A DNA stretch of 25,612 nt, from positions 1 to 25,612 of the forward strand of contig NW_021836330.1 in NCBI RefSeq assembly GCF_006345805.1, in the 5' to 3' direction. Shown one piece after another: positions 23,986-25,612 of this stretch. Under the pieces are notes generated by a model. It searched no databases and was not told where the DNA came from. It was given only the letters and a program-made list of their open reading frames with translations. Position numbers and translations under genes: made by a program. Position 1 is the stretch's first letter; the number at the start of each line of letters is the position of its first letter. Source of the DNA: Octopus sinensis. Lineage: Eukaryota.

Positions 23986-24710
23986 AACGCCAGCGCTATG
24001 GATTTTTTCCCTCGCTCTCTTTTGTGTGTCTTAACAATTCTTGGTGTTTATCCACGTTTAGTCTTACAGAAAACGAAAGCGAAACACCTTCTTTGTTAAA
24101 GGGGGGGGGGTTGACAACAAGGAAGTGGAATGGGTGAGATTAGGGAGGTGGAGTTATTAAATAACGTGTGTGTGTGTGTGAAGTGCGCGTGTGTGTGTAT
24201 ATAGTTTCTTATGGAAAAAGGGCCACGTGAAAATATAAAACTGAAAATGTGTTTATGAAAGAGAGAGAGAGAGAGAAAGAAAGTGAGTGAGAGCGAGAGA
24301 ATGAGAGAGAAAGTGCGCATACGCATGTGTATTGAAATATATATTATATAACTACTTGCATGAATGTTTATATATATATATATATATATCCATACACACC
24401 AATGAGCGTGAAGTTACATAATCGTATTGTTATCTGACATTCTATTTTATTCGTTACGCGAAACCGTTTCGTAAGATCAGCCGTGATGGATATGTCATAC
24501 TATACTTTTGGGATAATATACCCACCCGACTGACAGATATAAGAATACACCTTTTCCTTGAATTATGACCACTTTGTCGACTATATATACACTGTTGCAT
24601 TTCAGGATGGTCATTGTATTTATTATTTTTTTTTTGCCAAATAGACCCACGTATTATATATATTTCCTTCACTCGTTTATTACTGTTTTATTAATTTAAT
24701 GCCTCTCCAT

Positions 24711-24755
24711 TGTCCGGAAATCTTTCGTCACACATATGTGACCTCTTCAGCGACA
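24711..24755 (-). ncRNA. Minimal type I hammerhead ribozyme motif HH4 with an intact core
   Basis: Minus strand UGUCG-CUGAAGA-G-GUCACA(UAUG)UGUGAC-GAAA-GAUU-UC|CGGACA. Canonical CUGANGA/GAAA core, perfect 6-bp stem II, stem I with one bulge. AGAUUU is self-complementary with G-U wobbles. Predicted cleavage between 24717 and 24716. Confidence 0.75.
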
Positions 24756-24931
24756 CTCTTCGTTGCCGTTTATGTTCTTGCTTCACTTACTCCTTTCTGT
24801 TCTCCTAAGAGGTGTATCCTTAGGTGCGCATGCGTTTATGTCCTTGTTTGTTTGTGTGTGTGTGTGTGTGTGTGCGTATGTATATATTGATCGTATATGA
24901 TTAATACGGAAGACCGTATTAATTGTACATC

Positions 24932-25612
24932 TTCATCTGGGACTTTCGACTGGAAGAAGTCCAATTTTGATTTTAAAACACCTACATCCACTTTGTTTGG
25001 GTCCCTCAGGCTCTTTGGGAGAACATTAAAAAGCTGTGGGCCTTTGAAACCCAGGCTGCTGCAATAACTGGTCTTGAGGCGTAATGGCATTGCTGCGGTT
25101 TTGGCACTATGCAGTGTCGACTCGTTCTGGCATTGGTGTAGCTTTCAATGCCGAAATTTGGCACAATTCCTTACAGGATCTTCGAGATATATATTACTGC
25201 ATACCTCTCCCGTCTTCTCTCCAAGGAATATAGTCTTAGCTGTCTCAGCTGTTTCAGTAGCTGAGCAATTGCAAAGAGACGACCTACTTTGTGAATCTTC
25301 TCTGGATTTCTTCAAGGTCCGGTGTTAATTTCACACTTTTGGGTGACCATAACTGGGAGCAGTAATCCAAGAGGCTGAGGACGAATGTTCTCCAGAGGAC
25401 CATCATGGTTTCCTTATCTCTGGTTCTGAATGTTCTCGGGATCCATCCAGCCAGTTGTCTGCACTTTGTCGCCATCCTGGTAATGTGCACTTGGAAAGAG
25501 GTGTCATCACTCATGTCGATACCCATATCGCTCACTGATTTAGGCTCTGGGATTGTAATCCCCTGTGAACCAGTGTACCCTGCATGTTTAAATATTCAGT
25601 TTTGGTTCATAT
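24932..25612 (-). mobile_element. CR1-clade LINE fragment (C-terminal part of ORF2), runs off the window end
   Basis: YTGSQGITIPEPKSVSDMGIDMSDD..HITRMATKCRQLAGWIPRTFRTRDKETMMVLWRTFVLSLLDYCSQLWSP..LEEIQRRFTK, then SLGFKGPQLFNVLPKSLRD..LKSKLDFFQSKVPDE. These are typical CR1 post-RT motifs, with stops and frameshifts. Confidence 0.9.

Overview
Repeat-saturated animal genomic DNA, most likely from a coleoid cephalopod (Octopus-like). This assignment rests on SINE/LINE families I recognise from memory and on the extreme density of (GATA)n, (TA)n, (CA)n and (CAT)n microsatellites; I could not run a search. Almost all ORFs in the supplied track are microsatellite artefacts or LINE fragments. The window is probably intronic: the only convincing host-gene signal is a 63-nt phase 0-0 exon candidate at 78-140 (+). 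Retroelements found: tRNA-derived SINEs (including a head-to-tail trio), a decayed RTE/BovB-type LINE (about 19380-22440) with two nested insertions, a CR1-type LINE fragment, and several Penelope-like (PLE) remnants. The most notable signal is four minimal type I hammerhead-ribozyme motifs from apparently four different element families within about 8 kb (16698-24755). One has a U4C core variant, and one lies just downstream of a perfect 76-bp loopless palindrome.
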